A stretch of 64,000 nt of DNA. Source: the human T2T-CHM13v2.0 reference genome, Homo sapiens. Location of the stretch: the NCBI RefSeq assembly GCF_009914755.1, contig NC_060925.1; one strand, 5' to 3'. Position 1 is the first letter of the stretch. Each line of letters opens with the position of its first letter. Positions 17,871 to 32,973 of the stretch are shown in pieces. The position numbers and the translations under genes are program-made. The notes beneath the pieces were generated by a model. The model worked only from the letters and a program-made list of their open reading frames with translations. It was not told the origin of the DNA and searched no databases.

Positions 17871-20241
17871 TTATGCCATGTAACAAAATAAACACTCAAC
17901 ACATGTTTTCTATTATTATTAGGTTACTAAAATGGCCCATTAGTAAAAGGCTATACTAGAATGATTTTAAGGTTACTTTTTATCTCACAAAGCCCTGTTT
18001 TGGAGGAAGAAAAAGCCACGTTATCAGGAACTAAAGAACAAGTAGGTAAGAAGAATGAAAAAGTGGAGCTATATTATTTTTTCTCTTATTGTCACCTTTG
18101 GCTACTGTCCCAGTTTTTAGCCGTAGGAGCCTTTAGATTCCAGATTATATGTCATTCATCTGCAAAGAATTCCTTGGGTAGAGTTGGCAGTTCCTCATCT
18201 ATGTTTCCATAACAGTTTGTGTGCAGCTTTAGAATCATAATCAACCATAACAATAACACCTGTAATTTATTCTGTATATGTCACTAATGTTCAATATAAT
18301 TCTCTGATTTTTTATGCATCTCTACAATGCCAAATAATTGGAATTATTGCTCCCACTTTCCAGATAAGGAGACTGAGGCCTAGATAATTCAAGAGAATTG
18401 TATTAAGCCATCAGGTAGACAACTTTGTAGCGGAGATTTGAACAATGTTCTGACCCACTCCAAAGCCCAGCTCTAGCTGCTCACCACACTGCCTACTCCT
18501 TGCACATGACATTTGAACTATTTGTTTCTGGCTACCTGAATGGTCCAAGAAATGCTAGGGACCAGAGATTCTTTCTTGCACATATATGTATCACTAGAAA
18601 TTGATACTAGGTTTGGTGTGTAGTGACCACTATTTGATAATTTCACCTCAATAGAATGAATGAACAAATTGGATGAACTTTTATTCTTAGAAAATTCAGT
18701 AGAGAAAATTCTTTATTCATGCACATCCGGGTTTATGCATTAAAATGGCCTTAGTATGAATCTGGATATAAGATTATTGATCTTATATCAAGCTGTCTTG
18801 CTAAATTCACTCAGTAGTTTTTACAGCTTTTAGATTCTTTAGGATTTTAAAGCTACATACACAATTATGTCATCTGCAAATAAAGATAGTTTACCTCTCC
18901 CTCTCGAATGCCAGTAATTTATTACTGATAGGTCATTTAGCTCATTTTGTTTATTGTTGCAGAGAATACAAATCAAATTTTAGAATAATTCCTTTAAATG
19001 TTTAGAAATTTCCTATGATCTCTATGTTAGGATAATGTCTAAAAAGACCTAAAATTAGTGTTGTTCAAATAAAATAGAAATGTATTTATTTTTCTGAAAG
19101 TTTCTGACTAGTGCAGAGAGTGAGAGAGCATCTGGATTCCACCAAGAATACTATTCCCTAGGCTGCTAGCCTTGTCTGCATGATCAAAGCTTGTCTCTGA
19201 TGACCCCTTTCCATTCTGCAAGAAGCAGGAAAAAGAGAAAGTCCAGACCAAGCAATTTCCTGTTAGAAAAATGAATGTGAGTTGCCCATATTACTTCTAT
19301 TCCTATTTTACCAGAGAGAACACAGTTGTATGGTCACAACTACCTGAAGGAGAAGGTGGGAAATATAATCTCTAGCTGGGCAGCTAGAAAAAGTTAGAAA
19401 AGATTGGGATCAATGATCATCCTGCCACAATCTCCAAAAGCAAATCTAATAATACTTTCACTGATCTAATAGTCATACTTTTGAGCAAACCTGCAGAAAA
19501 TAAAAAAGCCACATTACTTTCTAATATGTGAAAATGCCTGAACAGAATGGGCAGGAGTAGTCCCTAAGTCCTACTCTCTAGTTCATGTGAGAGGAGGGGA
19601 GTTATTTCACATCTAGAGCACACTAACTTAGCATTGTGAGCAACATTAAGGCAATAAAGAACAAGCTCACATCTATGGTTTTCCCCTGGCGTGCTTCAGT
19701 TTTTCCTAGGCTGCTGCTGGAGGAAATGAAACATATCAAAGATGTGGAAAGGTGGAGGGGTGCCACTAGGTGCAGACACTCTGGCTACAGGGCAAAGTGA
19801 CAGCTAATGGGCAGGCATGGAGACAAAGTATAAAAGCACCACAGTCTAGGATAATCTAGCACAGGGAAAATGTCCCTAAACTTGCTTGAGTGTTCTCTAA
19901 GGCATCACTGTACTGCTGCCAAGCATAAAACTGATGTTCATGAGGTTGAACCCTGTGAAAATCATCCCTAGAAGAGGTCTCTAGGATTCAATATTGTATA
20001 TGTCCTCTCCATGTCTCTTTACTCTCCGCATTTCCCACACATCAAAAACCAATTCTGGAATAACTTTTATCCCAATTAAATGAGATTTAAGTGAACATTA
20101 AGAAAATACCTTTAACAGAAGGGAAATCTTAAAGGAGGAACCTATAAACAAATGGGATGATTGCAGTGTGTGATCAACAAGGAAGGTTAAGTGGATCAAT
20201 ATTCACAGAATGGAGTATGCAGCACAGTTTATAAAAATCTA

Positions 20242-20422
<181 letters not shown>

Positions 20423-21629
20423 TTAATCAATTCAAGAATTTTATTTGCCATCACCATTATGAGATTAATACAAAGTAGGAAAATGATAGTGCATATAGTT
20501 CAAAAGGCAATGATTAGAAAACAATTTATATCTTATTTAAAAATATGTATCTCTGGGTATATTTGTATCTGATTTGGACATTCCCAATAGTCCAAAGAAA
20601 TAATAAAGCAACACTGTAGAGGTCTTACTTGGAAAACTTACAAAGCTTGTAGCTTCCCCGCTGTTGGCCTCAGTAGAGCTAAGAATTAACAGAATTCTGT
20701 CTAATGTTCAACTCCATACACGATCTTTTGTGTGTCTATTGTGTATTGATTTCAAGTAGCAAAATGCATCTTTAGCCAGCTTCAGCTCCAAAAGGGGAAC
20801 TTGCCATAAAGATACAGAGCAAGAAGTTGGGTCTAAAAAACAGAGTAACCAAGACTTAGAAAGTTATCAGAAATTTCTCTCTCTGCGTGGTTGCTTCATA
20901 TTTATGGATCTTTTTACTCTGAAGGACTTTCTCTACTCCTTTAGACCATGGGCAGAAATGTACACATTATTGGTCTACGTAGACAGACAAATTTGTAATC
21001 TCTGAACTATAATTTCAAATTTCCAGGAGAAGAAAACATATTGGCTCGGGTTGTTCAAGTTCCAATTCCTAATCCTATCAGCTGTGGCTGATGTGGGAAG
21101 ATAACATATATAACCAGAGCTAAAAGGAAAATAGCCCGATAGAAAGAGAAGTAGTTCCCAGAAAAGGGGGATTATTTAGAGATGAGCAGATAGCCTCGAA
21201 ATTGTCTTTACATATTTAGTCCTGTGAAATAAGCACTGTAGAAAGAAAATAGATGCTTATAATTCTAGTCTTAAAAAAGTCACAATCTCACAAACCTATG
21301 TATACATGTAGAGTAAAGGAGTAAAATTTAGTATAATGATTACAAATTAAGTGATGGTTTTGATCAAAAGGGAGCTGGATGTAGTGGAAACATGACGGAA
21401 CTTAAAATGCAAAGACATGGGTTCAAATCTTGGTTCTGGCCTCTAGTCTTTATAGATCCTTGGATGGGTCACACATTCTTCATTTGTGGGTCTTCATCTT
21501 CTTATTTGTAAATGTGGATGATTATATTTAACTTTAAGACATTTTGTGAGAATTAAATGCAGTACCTACCAAATGAGTAGTAGACAGCAGAATCCAGCCT
21601 ACAACCATGTGGTTCACTGAACATGTTTT

Positions 21630-21941
<312 letters not shown>

Positions 21942-22873
21942 TGAGCATGTTTTAAACATATAACATTGGTGAAACAACTGGGCTGTATGTTGGCAATAGA
22001 CTAACATATAGGTGTTGGTTGTCCTTAGGGAAATCATAGTCTGTTGGGGGTGTGAGACAGATGAAGAGATACTTTTAGTAAAACGTAGTACAATTGTTTA
22101 CTATAATTCTAGATGTGATTGGAATTTGATCTGGAAAGGTTTCAGGGAGGTGCTAGGACATGAGCGAAGCCTTATGTTGGTGGGTAAGATTTTACACCGA
22201 TACATTCCGTATGAAAGTGGGGTAAAGCCTTGGGCTGAGCTGACCTAGCTGTGCAATGGTGATGGTTCACATTTTCATTGTGGGAAGGAAACAAAATTAG
22301 TAATTTAAAAGACCTTTTCCAAACATGCTTATCTTAAAGGAAGGATCTAAGGAAAATATCAATACATTTTTTAAGCAGATTTTTAAAATAATAAAGGAAG
22401 CTAGAAAATCCAGTGTCAATAATCTACCTGTAGGTAACTGAGAGCATGTTTTCTGTGCTCAGAGAAAATGAAACTACTCAAGAAATGTATATTTGATATA
22501 ATGGTATAAGTATATAAAATGTATGCCACAAGCTAACACTAGGTAAATTTCAAAGCTACCTTTGCTAGATTTAACTGGAAAGCAGAAGAAATAAATGATA
22601 CCAGTATGTGAATATTTTAAAGTTGCTGCTTCAATATACTAGTCAAAGTCTGCCAGAGCTATTTACCATCTCAGGACAATTTGTTCACTTCACTTAGAAA
22701 TTAGAAATGTGCTCTGGCCAATACATCTAAATTTATTTTGTGGTAGTCATTTTGCTTAATGGAAGTGTTTTCCAGATGTTGCCTAAGTCTAGTCGTCTGG
22801 GCCCTTTTCCAATAAATGAGGAAAGTTTGATTTCATAGGTTGTCACTGTTGATTTTGTCTAACCTTTGGACTA

Positions 22874-22910
22874 ATTGGTTCATCCCACTGTATTTGCACT
22901 GATATATAAG
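22874..22910 (+). promoter_or_regulatory. PRG4: PRG4 core promoter: TATA box (TATATAA 22903-22909), inverted CCAAT (ATTGG 22874-22878), FOX-like TATTTGC (22891-22897)
   Basis: TATA lies ~25 nt upstream of a short first exon that ends at a consensus donor (ACGG|GTAAGT). Confidence 0.7.
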
Positions 22911-22929
22911 ACTCCCAGGACGTGGGATA

Positions 22930-22949
22930 AACTCATCTATCCTTTACGG
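22930..22949 (+). other. PRG4: PRG4 exon 1 (non-coding, ~20 nt)
   Basis: ACTCATCTATCCTTTACGG followed by GTAAGT donor at 22950; splices to acceptor tttcag|CAAGGG at 23502; start approximate. Confidence 0.8.
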
Positions 22950-23531
22950 GTAAGTGTCAAAGTTAACTTGCTTCATAGAATTAAATGTGTTTTCATTAGA
23001 GGTGTTTGAAAAAAAATGTGTAAAGATAGTAGTTGGAAATTTTTGAAAAGGATTATGTTTATGCAATACACCTGTTGGAAGCCTTTGAATTTATATTGAG
23101 AATTAAGAAAAAGTTGGAACAGTAACTCCATGATGCTTATTAAATTACATTTCTGTGACACAGGTTATTATTTTCCTTAAGATAAAATTTTAACCTTGCA
23201 CTGTTAAGTACATGCCATACTTTGGCTAGAGTTTTAAGATAAGTCTATTCTATATTGGAGATTTCTTAAGAATTAAAACTGTCAATAACGTGGCTGAGGG
23301 TGACTTGATTTGTTCTGCATAAGATTAAGTCTAATGGCCAAATATTTTCTATAAAATTAAAGCTGATTTAAAGTCTTGTTTCAAGAATGGGATGGTTTTA
23401 TTATTGTTACATTTTTAAAGTTACTGAAATGTGTATAATGCAAGCCTAAGTTAGTGGTGAGATGAAAGAGCAGTTTTCTGATACTTTTATTTTATTTTCA
23501 GCAAGGGTACCTACGGTACCTGAAAACAACG

Positions 23532-23607
23532 ATGGCATGGAAAACACTTCCCATTTACCTGTTGTTGCTGCTGTCTGTTTTCGTGATTCAGCAAGTTTCA
23601 TCTCAAG
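23532..23607 (+). CDS. PRG4: PRG4 exon 2 coding part (signal peptide); exon begins 23502
   Basis: ATG 23532, MAWKTLPIYLLLLLSVFVIQQVSSQ, 76 nt, donor GT at 23608. Confidence 0.97.
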
Positions 23608-24754
23608 GTAGCTTAACCATCGAACATACTTTTATTTAACAACTATTGCTAATCATTCAGTCTTGATTTTTATAACAACGGAAATATATTTCTAAAAATT
23701 TATATTTGCTTGAGTTTAATATACTGTACAACCTTAAAATAATATATAACATGTAGCCTGTTTGTAAGTGCTTTGGAATTCTCATCTTTTTCTCCTTTTG
23801 AGAGTTTTGAGCTTGTGTAAAGAATAATTTTGGTACTTGTTATTTCTATGGTTCTCTCGAAAGTTTAAAAAGTGCAGACAGTTCATCATAAAATTATGCT
23901 GGAGCTATATAGTATCATAAAAATAACTAAAAAAGAACAATATTTAGATAACATGTAATTTTTGCCTATATGTTGAACAATTTGTTTTTTAAAATCAAAT
24001 AAATTATTGATAAATAACTTATTTTGGCATCATTTAGACATAGATACCATATTATAATAAACTATAGTGTTTCAAATGGCATTTTATTAGTCTTGAAAAT
24101 GTTCTCTTTTTCTTACAAGAACTATTTATCCAGGTATGGACATATACAGATGTGACTGTCATTTTGTGTTATAACATTAAACTTTTCACAGTTCTCCCAA
24201 AACAGGTCCTGGATGAATAGTTCTTGTTACTCATTTTTAGAGACTGTTAAAGTACATTCAGTGAAATCACATTAGTAAAAGATGCTAGCATGCCATCTAG
24301 GGGGATTAATAGTAACAATGCCAAGCTTTGGATTTTTCTTTTCTTTTCTTTTCCTTTTGTTCCCCTTTGATAAGCAAAATCTGAGAGAATAAAAATCAAG
24401 ATTCATGACAGTTATGATGAAATTATGTTTCTAAAGTAAACATTTCCAGTAAAATACGAGATTCTTATGAAACCTGAACATGAGTGGTAACTGTCTGCAT
24501 AGGCATAAGTTGCAGAATTGTTTAGATAAGAAAAGACAGGAAAACACATGAAAGCAAATGTGAATATTCAATAAGAATGATGACTACTCCAGTATCTCCA
24601 GACCCTTCGGCTTTCTCGTAACAATATGACAAGGTTCACAACACTGGGGGCACTTTCTAAACTGCCTTTTCCTCTGTGATACAATTGGTTGTTCACTAAA
24701 ACAGTGTTACTTTCATTTTAATTGTGATTAAATAAATCAAATTAAAATTAATGG

Positions 24755-25060
24755 GGCTGGGTGTGGTGGCTCACACCTGTAATCCCAGCATTCTGGGAGG
24801 CCTAGGGAGACAGATCACCTGAGGTCTGGAGTTCAAGAGCAGCCTGGGCAACATGGCAAAATCTTGTCTCTATACAAAATACAAAAAAATTAGCCAGGTG
24901 TGGTAGTGTGTGCCTGTAATCCCAGCTATTCGGAGGCTGAGGCAAGAGGATATCTTGAATCCAGGAGGTGGAGGTTGCATTAAGCTGAGCTTGCATCATG
25001 GCACTCCAGCCTGGGCAACAGAGTGAGACTCTGTCTCAAAAATAAATAAATAAATAAATA
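24755..25060 (+). mobile_element. Alu in PRG4 intron 2
   Basis: (TAAA)n tail; TSD AAAATTAATGG 24744-24754 and 25060-25070. Confidence 0.92.
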
Positions 25061-25108
25061 AAATTAATGGTTACAATTAATAGCAATAAAAGTAGGACAG
25101 ACACCTAA

Positions 25109-25467
<359 letters not shown>

Positions 25468-26746
25468 TGATACTGTCTTGTCTGCTTCTCTTGCTTTCTC
25501 AACCTCTTCTCATTCTCTTTTTTCTTTATATATAATATATGTATTTATATACATACACTATATATACATTTTTGTATGCATTATGCACTCATGTACGCAA
25601 AAAGTTCTGAAAGTTGTCCTACAATTTACTGTTTTATTTGCATATTCAGACTTTGGCATTCCTGGACTCTATTCTTTTAAGATTTGTTTTCAGTGTGTTT
25701 CAACATTCCTTTGTGGATTTAGGACAGTACACCTGCCAATTTCTATTCCAGGGATGGATTCCATTGTCACATTTCTGCAGTCATTTCTCAGGGAGGGTTT
25801 TAAGGTGGTGTTTTCCAAATGACTTTTAAAAAATATTTGAGAATGAGTATGCTTTTGTTATTGTTTGCTTATTTGTTGCCTGGAAAACCTCTGTTCATGA
25901 CCTTTATAGTTATGCCCAGTTATTTTAAGGGTTCTCACTTCAGCAGTGGTTGTAAGCATCTGCCTCCCCTGACATTTTAAAAATCCAGTTATCCCCACCA
26001 ATTAAGGAAGAAAAAGCTCAGTAAAGTTTATGCTGGTGCAACCAGCGTGCTTTAAACTTATCCTCAGGAATGGGAGGCAAAGCGACAGGTGGAAACATCT
26101 CAGGCTTAAAATAAGATATATCAGAGTTCAAATTCTGGATGGATTGTTTACTTAAGGTGACCATAAAATGTATTATCTAAATTAGGACAATTATAAGGGT
26201 AAAAGAGTTCACTACAAATAATTGGGAGGTATTAATTAACCTATGATGCCAATATACTGGAACTATTAACTAGTCGTGTGATAATGAGCAAGTTGTCAAA
26301 ATTTCTGTGTTTCAGCTTTCTTAGCTCTAAAAAAGGGCTACTAAATCCTGGAAACATTTTCATAAGCATTAGTGATAATGTATGACTCAGCACCTGGCAT
26401 AGAGAAGCTCAATAAATGGCAACTGCTAATCATCAAAACCACAGATCGGTAGTAGCTGTAGCTGCCACCTCTTCCTTAGGAGTATCACCCTCTTTAGGCA
26501 AAGCCATTACTTTGCCTGGTTTTCAAAAATGTGTTTATCATCTCAGTCTAGTGAAGAATAAAGTGACATAATTGAGATCACCTAAGACATCAGCCAAATA
26601 TCAGCTGGGCCTATTGCTGACATCATTCCAACACCTTCTCGATCAATAAAATTCTCTCTCACCAAGTGGCTTTGTCCCCCTCGTTAGATTGCTCCCTTTC
26701 TATAAAGTGGTTTGGCCATATTTACGCCAGTATTGTATAATTTTAG

Positions 26747-26869
26747 ATTTATCAAGCTGTGCAGGGAGATGTGGGGAAGGGTATTCTAGAGATGCCACCT
26801 GCAACTGTGATTATAACTGTCAACACTACATGGAGTGCTGCCCTGATTTCAAGAGAGTCTGCACTGCGG
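26747..26869 (+). CDS. PRG4: PRG4 exon 3, somatomedin-B domain 1
   Basis: DLSSCAGRCGEGYSRDATCNCDYNCQHYMECCPDFKRVCTA, 8-Cys SMB pattern, 123 nt, AG/GT flanks. Confidence 0.97.
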
Positions 26870-28247
26870 GTAAGTCCTGAGAGCGGGTGTCTCCTCTGTC
26901 AAGCAACACTGCGAGTCTGTGAGTCCCCCCTTGCACCCTCGTGCAGTGCTGTGAGACTGAGCCTCCCCTTGCACCCACTTGCAGTGCTGTTTTCCCACTG
27001 TATCACTTCCTTTGCTTAAGTGACTTTCCTTCACTTGCATAAATGTTGCAGCGCATTGTACCTAAGGATGGTGTCAAAGCTTGTGATTATTGGGGAGGGT
27101 AAGGGGAGCCTGGAAGTCTGTCACTTGCACAAGGTTATTGTCTAGTTCCAAGTAAATGTCTTATTTTAAATAGAGAAGATACTGTGAGTCAGGAGTCATT
27201 AAGTAAATAGTAAGGAGTAATTATTTACAATCAGAGATGTCCTCGACTAGTAATGAGGACTTTCAATAGTTTCATCAAAAGAATACATGAGCATGGAATA
27301 ATCTTGTCTACCATTGGACTTTCTGATGTTAACACGTTTGTAAATTACCTGGAAAAGACACTTTAAAGATAAAGTGCTAGTGTTTAATGATGAATTTCAG
27401 TTAAAATCTGAAGGTCTGAATTTTAAATTATGAGTGGTGTTTCACTTGAATATATTTTGGGCCATTTTATTATTAACACAGAAACATTTCCTATTCAATT
27501 TAAGAAAATTGTAATTAAAGTTATTTGAAAGGTGTATTTGCTTTAGAATTTGAATGTGAAGTTGAGGAATATATTGTGCAATTTATGTATTGGATAGGTA
27601 ATTATTTCAAATAAGCCTTGGTAAGTCCCTGTTAACTCTAACAAAGGCTTTTTAAATTTTCATTTTTTAAATGAGTAGTCCTCCCTAACATAGTCCACAC
27701 TGTAAGATTAGGCTGAAAGCTTTCAACTATACACCTTCCCCAGTTTGTCATAATAAGGGCCTCTGCATTACAAATGATTTTTAAGCCTCAAAAATGACCC
27801 ATTTACGTGGAATATATATACATATATATTTATATGGAATATATTGCTGAGATCTGTACATTCAATTACTGTGAATCTATTACAAAGCAGTGTGTGAAGA
27901 GGAGAAGGATGAAGAGATTTCATATGAAGGCTATCTCACTATCTAGACATTTCCCGATTTTTCTTTGTCCATACATGTAAATAACTCGGGCAGCATCAGG
28001 ATGTCTCTTGGAGTCTGGAAGGGCAAGAGGAGTTGCCCTCAGTCACCATATTTCTTTTTTGACTTGGGCTGTCTCCATCTGGGATACCATCTAATTTTTC
28101 CTGGATGATGTACTCCAAATTTCAAATAAAAGACTTAGAAATGAACTTTTGGAAACCTAGTCAAGTCTAAGGTGGGAAATGGCTGTCAAATACGTGGGCC
28201 TGGCTTCACAATGAATAATCTGTAACTTCTTGTTTTGCTCTGGGTAG

Positions 28248-28367
28248 AGCTTTCCTGTAAAGGCCGCTGCTTTGAGTCCTTCGAGAGAGGGAGGGAGTGT
28301 GACTGCGACGCCCAATGTAAGAAGTATGACAAGTGCTGTCCCGATTATGAGAGTTTCTGTGCAGAAG
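28248..28367 (+). CDS. PRG4: PRG4 exon 4, somatomedin-B domain 2
   Basis: ELSCKGRCFESFERGRECDCDAQCKKYDKCCPDYESFCAE, 120 nt, AG/GT flanks. Confidence 0.97.
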
Positions 28368-30763
28368 GTAAGCATCACAGTACCAACCAATGCTTCTCAG
28401 TACAGCCAGATCTGTGCGCCTACCTTAGCATCACTGATAATGTCTAACACGCAGTCCATCTTAGGCCTTGATTTTACTAACATATAAGCTATTTCATAAT
28501 AATTTTGTTTTGTGGAGATGAATTAAAGAAGAAAAGCGCCTTCCAACAGCAGAACCCCCAGGCTCAGCCAGGCTCCAAGAGTACAAGATGTTGCCAGAGG
28601 GGGAACATAGAGGATGAGGCTGAATGTATATGTCTTTTTTTTCTTCAGATATGGTTCAATTTCAGGTTAAATCAACAGTAATCAAATCACTTGATGATTT
28701 CTTGTCTCACCCTTGCTGACTTCACGAAGTCAACTATCCTTTGAGCTATCTGTGCTTTTGGCCTCAGTGTTTGAGTATATATTTAAGGACATAAGCAACA
28801 CTTTCAGCTTCCCTAAACCAGTAAATTTATGAATTAGTTTAAGCCATTAAATTTATAGGCAAATCTACCTAACACGTTGTTAACTGTCATGTTCCTTCCC
28901 ATTTCTGCAGTCTCCTCAGCAGTCTCTATTCCAATACATGTGCATGGTAAAGTCAATAACAAGGGATATTCCCATCTTAAAATCATCTTCTCTATTTATA
29001 GGTCTTGAAGGACTCCTCTAGAGTATAACAAAAGGCTCCAGATTTTACAGAAAAAGATTTTAAAAATATACTTGAATACTGGATTACTTTCCTTTACCAA
29101 ATGGTTGTTCTTAAATTCTACTTTGTTAAAACAAGAATATTTGTGGAGGTAAAAGTGAAAATAAGCTTTGCTTGCATAATCAATCTTATCATTTTATTTA
29201 AACAAGCCTGCGCTTCCTGCTTCTTTAGAACAGTGAAGAAAGATCGGAAAACTGCTAATCAGCAGAATTGAGAGATGTTTCTTAACCGTTCAATGTTTTC
29301 ATGGGAAAACATTCCAAAAATGATGAAGACAACACCCTTGTAATAAAAACCTTAGAGCTCACCCTTCCTGCAGATTTTAGCAGGCCCCATGATGAGTGAC
29401 ACATATTTACTCATTACCCTAATTGTTTTGGCTGTGAGACAAGAAAGCTAAGAATTTGTTTTGGGCAGAGGATGTCTAGGGAGTGAAGATGGTTAGAAAG
29501 TGATGAGACATTGAGAGAACATTTTGATAAAGATAATACTTTATGTTATGAAATATTTGGTCAGATTACCTAAAGTTTAGGTAGAACTCTGAAAAAAAAA
29601 ATGATGAAGGCGATGCTGGCCAACTTTCTTTACAGAATTCATAAGACAGTCAGCGTCCCAACTTAAAATAATAAAACCACTCAGAACCTCAATACTTCAT
29701 TTTTTAAGTGTAATAACCAAACTATCTTGAGATTCACTACTTAGTTGTTTCAGTATAGATACTACTTACAGGTGTCTATATATCTAAAAATCATAACATT
29801 TCAAGAATTGAAGGAATCCCAGCCATCCAAGTGCCTCTGAATGTGAAAGAGAAAACAGAGTCCAAGAGGTTAACCATTTTGGCCAAGAACATTAGCTAGT
29901 ACATGGCAGATCTGTTTCTCAAATTGAGATACTTGATGTTTTTGCTGGGTAGGAGGAGAAACAAGAGGGACAGTGGCCAGTTCACGGAGACTATAGCAGT
30001 AGGGTTCTGGGGCGATGTTGCGGGGAGCAGCATGATTTATCACAACCCTTCTGTACCCAGAGAGTCCCCAGTGCTGTTTTCTTATCCTTCATTAGTCCCT
30101 CTTCTTGTTCCTAAAAAAAAAAAAAAAAAGAAGTTCCATGTTTTCTCTTCTAGACTGAGAAGCGGAAAAGGGAAGGGGACTAAAAGGTTAAAAAGATACA
30201 CACCAAACCATTAAGTTGTATCTTTGGGAAGGGCAGGGCATTTTGAGGAAAAGCACAATGTGAAGGTGTGAACTTTTCACAAGAATATTCATGTAGAACT
30301 TTTGTAATTAAAAAAAGAACAAAAGGCAAATTGGCATCATTTAATTTAAATGAATATTAAAACAGAAAAAAATGAATACTAAAACAGAAAAAAATTCTGA
30401 AGGCAAAGACCTTCAGAAATCATCTTGAATAAACATCTTAGTTTGTAGACAAGAAGATGAAGTTCAAGATAATTATTTGCCTAAGGTCACAATGGTAGAG
30501 GCTCGCAGGCCTAGGACTGGAATTTAGGTCTTCTGATTCCTGAGACTTTGCTCCCTGTCATAACTTACAACAATTTGAGAACCAGTATTTTATAGCAATG
30601 CATCCTTAGACTTAAATGGAGTCATTCGTGTTGAGCTGGAGCCTGCCTGCACTGGCTGTCACCAGCATCTACTCTTGAAGCTAGATGCATCTGTGCTTTT
30701 CACAGTTAGAGCTGCTGATGAACATAAACAAGATGTTAACTGACTTGTCTTACTTGGCCTCAG

Positions 30764-30913
30764 TGCATAATCCCACATCACCACCATCTTCAAAGAAAGC
30801 ACCTCCACCTTCAGGAGCATCTCAAACCATCAAATCAACAACCAAACGTTCACCCAAACCACCAAACAAGAAGAAGACTAAGAAAGTTATAGAATCAGAG
30901 GAAATAACAGAAG
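30764..30913 (+). CDS. PRG4: PRG4 exon 5, basic (heparin-binding-like) linker
   Basis: VHNPTSPPSSKKAPPPSG...KKKTKKVIESEEITE, 150 nt. Confidence 0.96.
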
Positions 30914-31449
30914 GTAGGAAGATGACAGATATAATCAAAGGAGCTTTCTTAGATGAAGTAACTTGTAGGTGACTGCTTATCTAAGCCCATTCTCAGAGAA
31001 CAGGGTAATCTTAGGAATCATGAGCCTCATTACACTCGAAGGTTTTAGACTTTGCTTTTAAGTAAAGTTTAAGACAAAGTATAAACTCTCAGCTCTTTCT
31101 GTATTTACCAAACCCAGCATGAGTCTGGGTTAAAACAAATCAGAAGGGACAAATCTTACTATAAAAAACAAAAACCACCCCATGATTTTCTTTGTAGAAT
31201 AATTTGATTCTGTGTTTTGGAGGATATGGGAAAGTTGAGAGATACTAGTAATACTGCTAGTATCTGTGATAAGCCCAGGTGCCTTGCTTTTAACTGACAG
31301 ATTAAAAGGCAGTTGGTCATATTACTAATAAAAGCAAAATCCAGATACTTGTAGACTAGTAAATAGCACTTCTTGCTGTGTTTAGACTGGTGGTTCTTTT
31401 TTGTTTTAAATCACAGTTGGTGTGATCAAACTTTCTATTTGATTTATAG

Positions 31450-31578
31450 AACATTCTGTTTCTGAAAATCAAGAGTCCTCCTCCTCCTCCTCCTCTTCCT
31501 CTTCTTCTTCAACAATTTGGAAAATCAAGTCTTCCAAAAATTCAGCTGCTAATAGAGAATTACAGAAGAAACTCAAAG
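31450..31578 (+). CDS. PRG4: PRG4 exon 6, poly-Ser region
   Basis: EHSVSENQE(S)12TIWKIKSSKNSAANRELQKKLK, 129 nt. Confidence 0.96.
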
Positions 31579-32973
31579 GTTTGAGCATTGATAAAGATCA
31601 AAGACTGTATCAATGCCATATTAACAATGATTATATTTAAAAGTAATGCGTGTTGGCAGAATGAGGACATCTTAATATGGGGGGGAATATAACTTTATGA
31701 ATATTATCTTAGAAAGTACCAAATGAATACTTCCTACAGGAAATTAGTGCCAAGCGGCTAAGAAGCCACTCTAAAAGCAAAGGATAAGAAGATGCTGTAG
31801 CAGGACTGTGGAACCACAAGATGGCACCAGAGATGATTATTGATGGCTTTCTACTGTCATTCTTGTTTACTTGACATCATTTTGCTTCTTCTCCTTCATC
31901 TTCCTTGCATTTTCATTTTCCCTTCCCCAGCTTTATTTTAACAAACATTTATATACTATTGTTCTAAGTGTTTTACAAGTATTAACTCATTAAATTCTTA
32001 CAAACCTCTATGGAAAAAATATTATCCATATTTTACAAATCCTCTTTATTTTCCTAGTAACTTATATATTATATCTGGCTGACTTTTCCTCTAGTAGAGA
32101 CTGTGCTACAGAATAGGCTATTATTGCCTGAAAAGAGATTTCCTTTGCTGTTTATTATTTCCTGAAGTTCTGGTTCTAAATATATATTCTCTTTCTCCAG
32201 GAAATACTGGATTTTTGGATAAGGGAGTTTTAAAGAACTCTAAGAGGTTGTGATTTCCTCCGAAGCATTCGCTCTAAATAAATAGCCAGGCATTTAATCT
32301 TTTAGTCACCCAGAAAATCGTGCAGGAAGCCACCCTTGGGCTTTGTAGTCCACATGTGGGGCAGCTGCTATGGGAAAGCCTTGATAAATACTGTCTTTTT
32401 GCTGCCCATCACACCCTAAGCTCCTCCTTATGTCCCCTGGGACCTGCAAGGTTAGCTGCGCAGAAGAAAAGGAGTGGCTAATAGCCCTATGTATGGGAAC
32501 AAGGCTCAGCAGGGACTGTGGGGGTGACTGGGGCAGATTGCTCAGAGGTAGCTGTAGAGGCCTCTGAGATAATTGGTGCAGCAAGATGGTAGTACTAGGT
32601 TTCCAGGAGGAAGGAAGGGACACTGGGCACTGAAGAATAAGAGTACAAAAAGTAGGGGGTAAAGAACATTAATATAAACAGATGAATTAGTGTTATTTAT
32701 CGTGTTGGTAATTTTGAACTTGCCACTGACTTCCATGTATTAATTGTATAGAGTTTTATTTGTGCTTTTTCATCCCTCATCTCATTTATTCCCTAAAACA
32801 GCCCAATAAGATAGGTTGAGTATTTGCCATTTTACAACAAATTAAAGGACATAGTAGAGATTAGCAATTTGCTTAGAAACACACAACTAGTCAATGATAA
32901 AGATGGGATCTTTATGTCACTATTAAAGAAAAAAAAATATTCTAAAATAACAAGATGTATATTTTTTCTCCAG

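Noticed and set aside
28649-28665. Possible 17-nt microexon in PRG4 intron 4 (strong T-rich acceptor)
   Set aside because: Weak donor (CAG|GTTAAA), frameshifting, no other support
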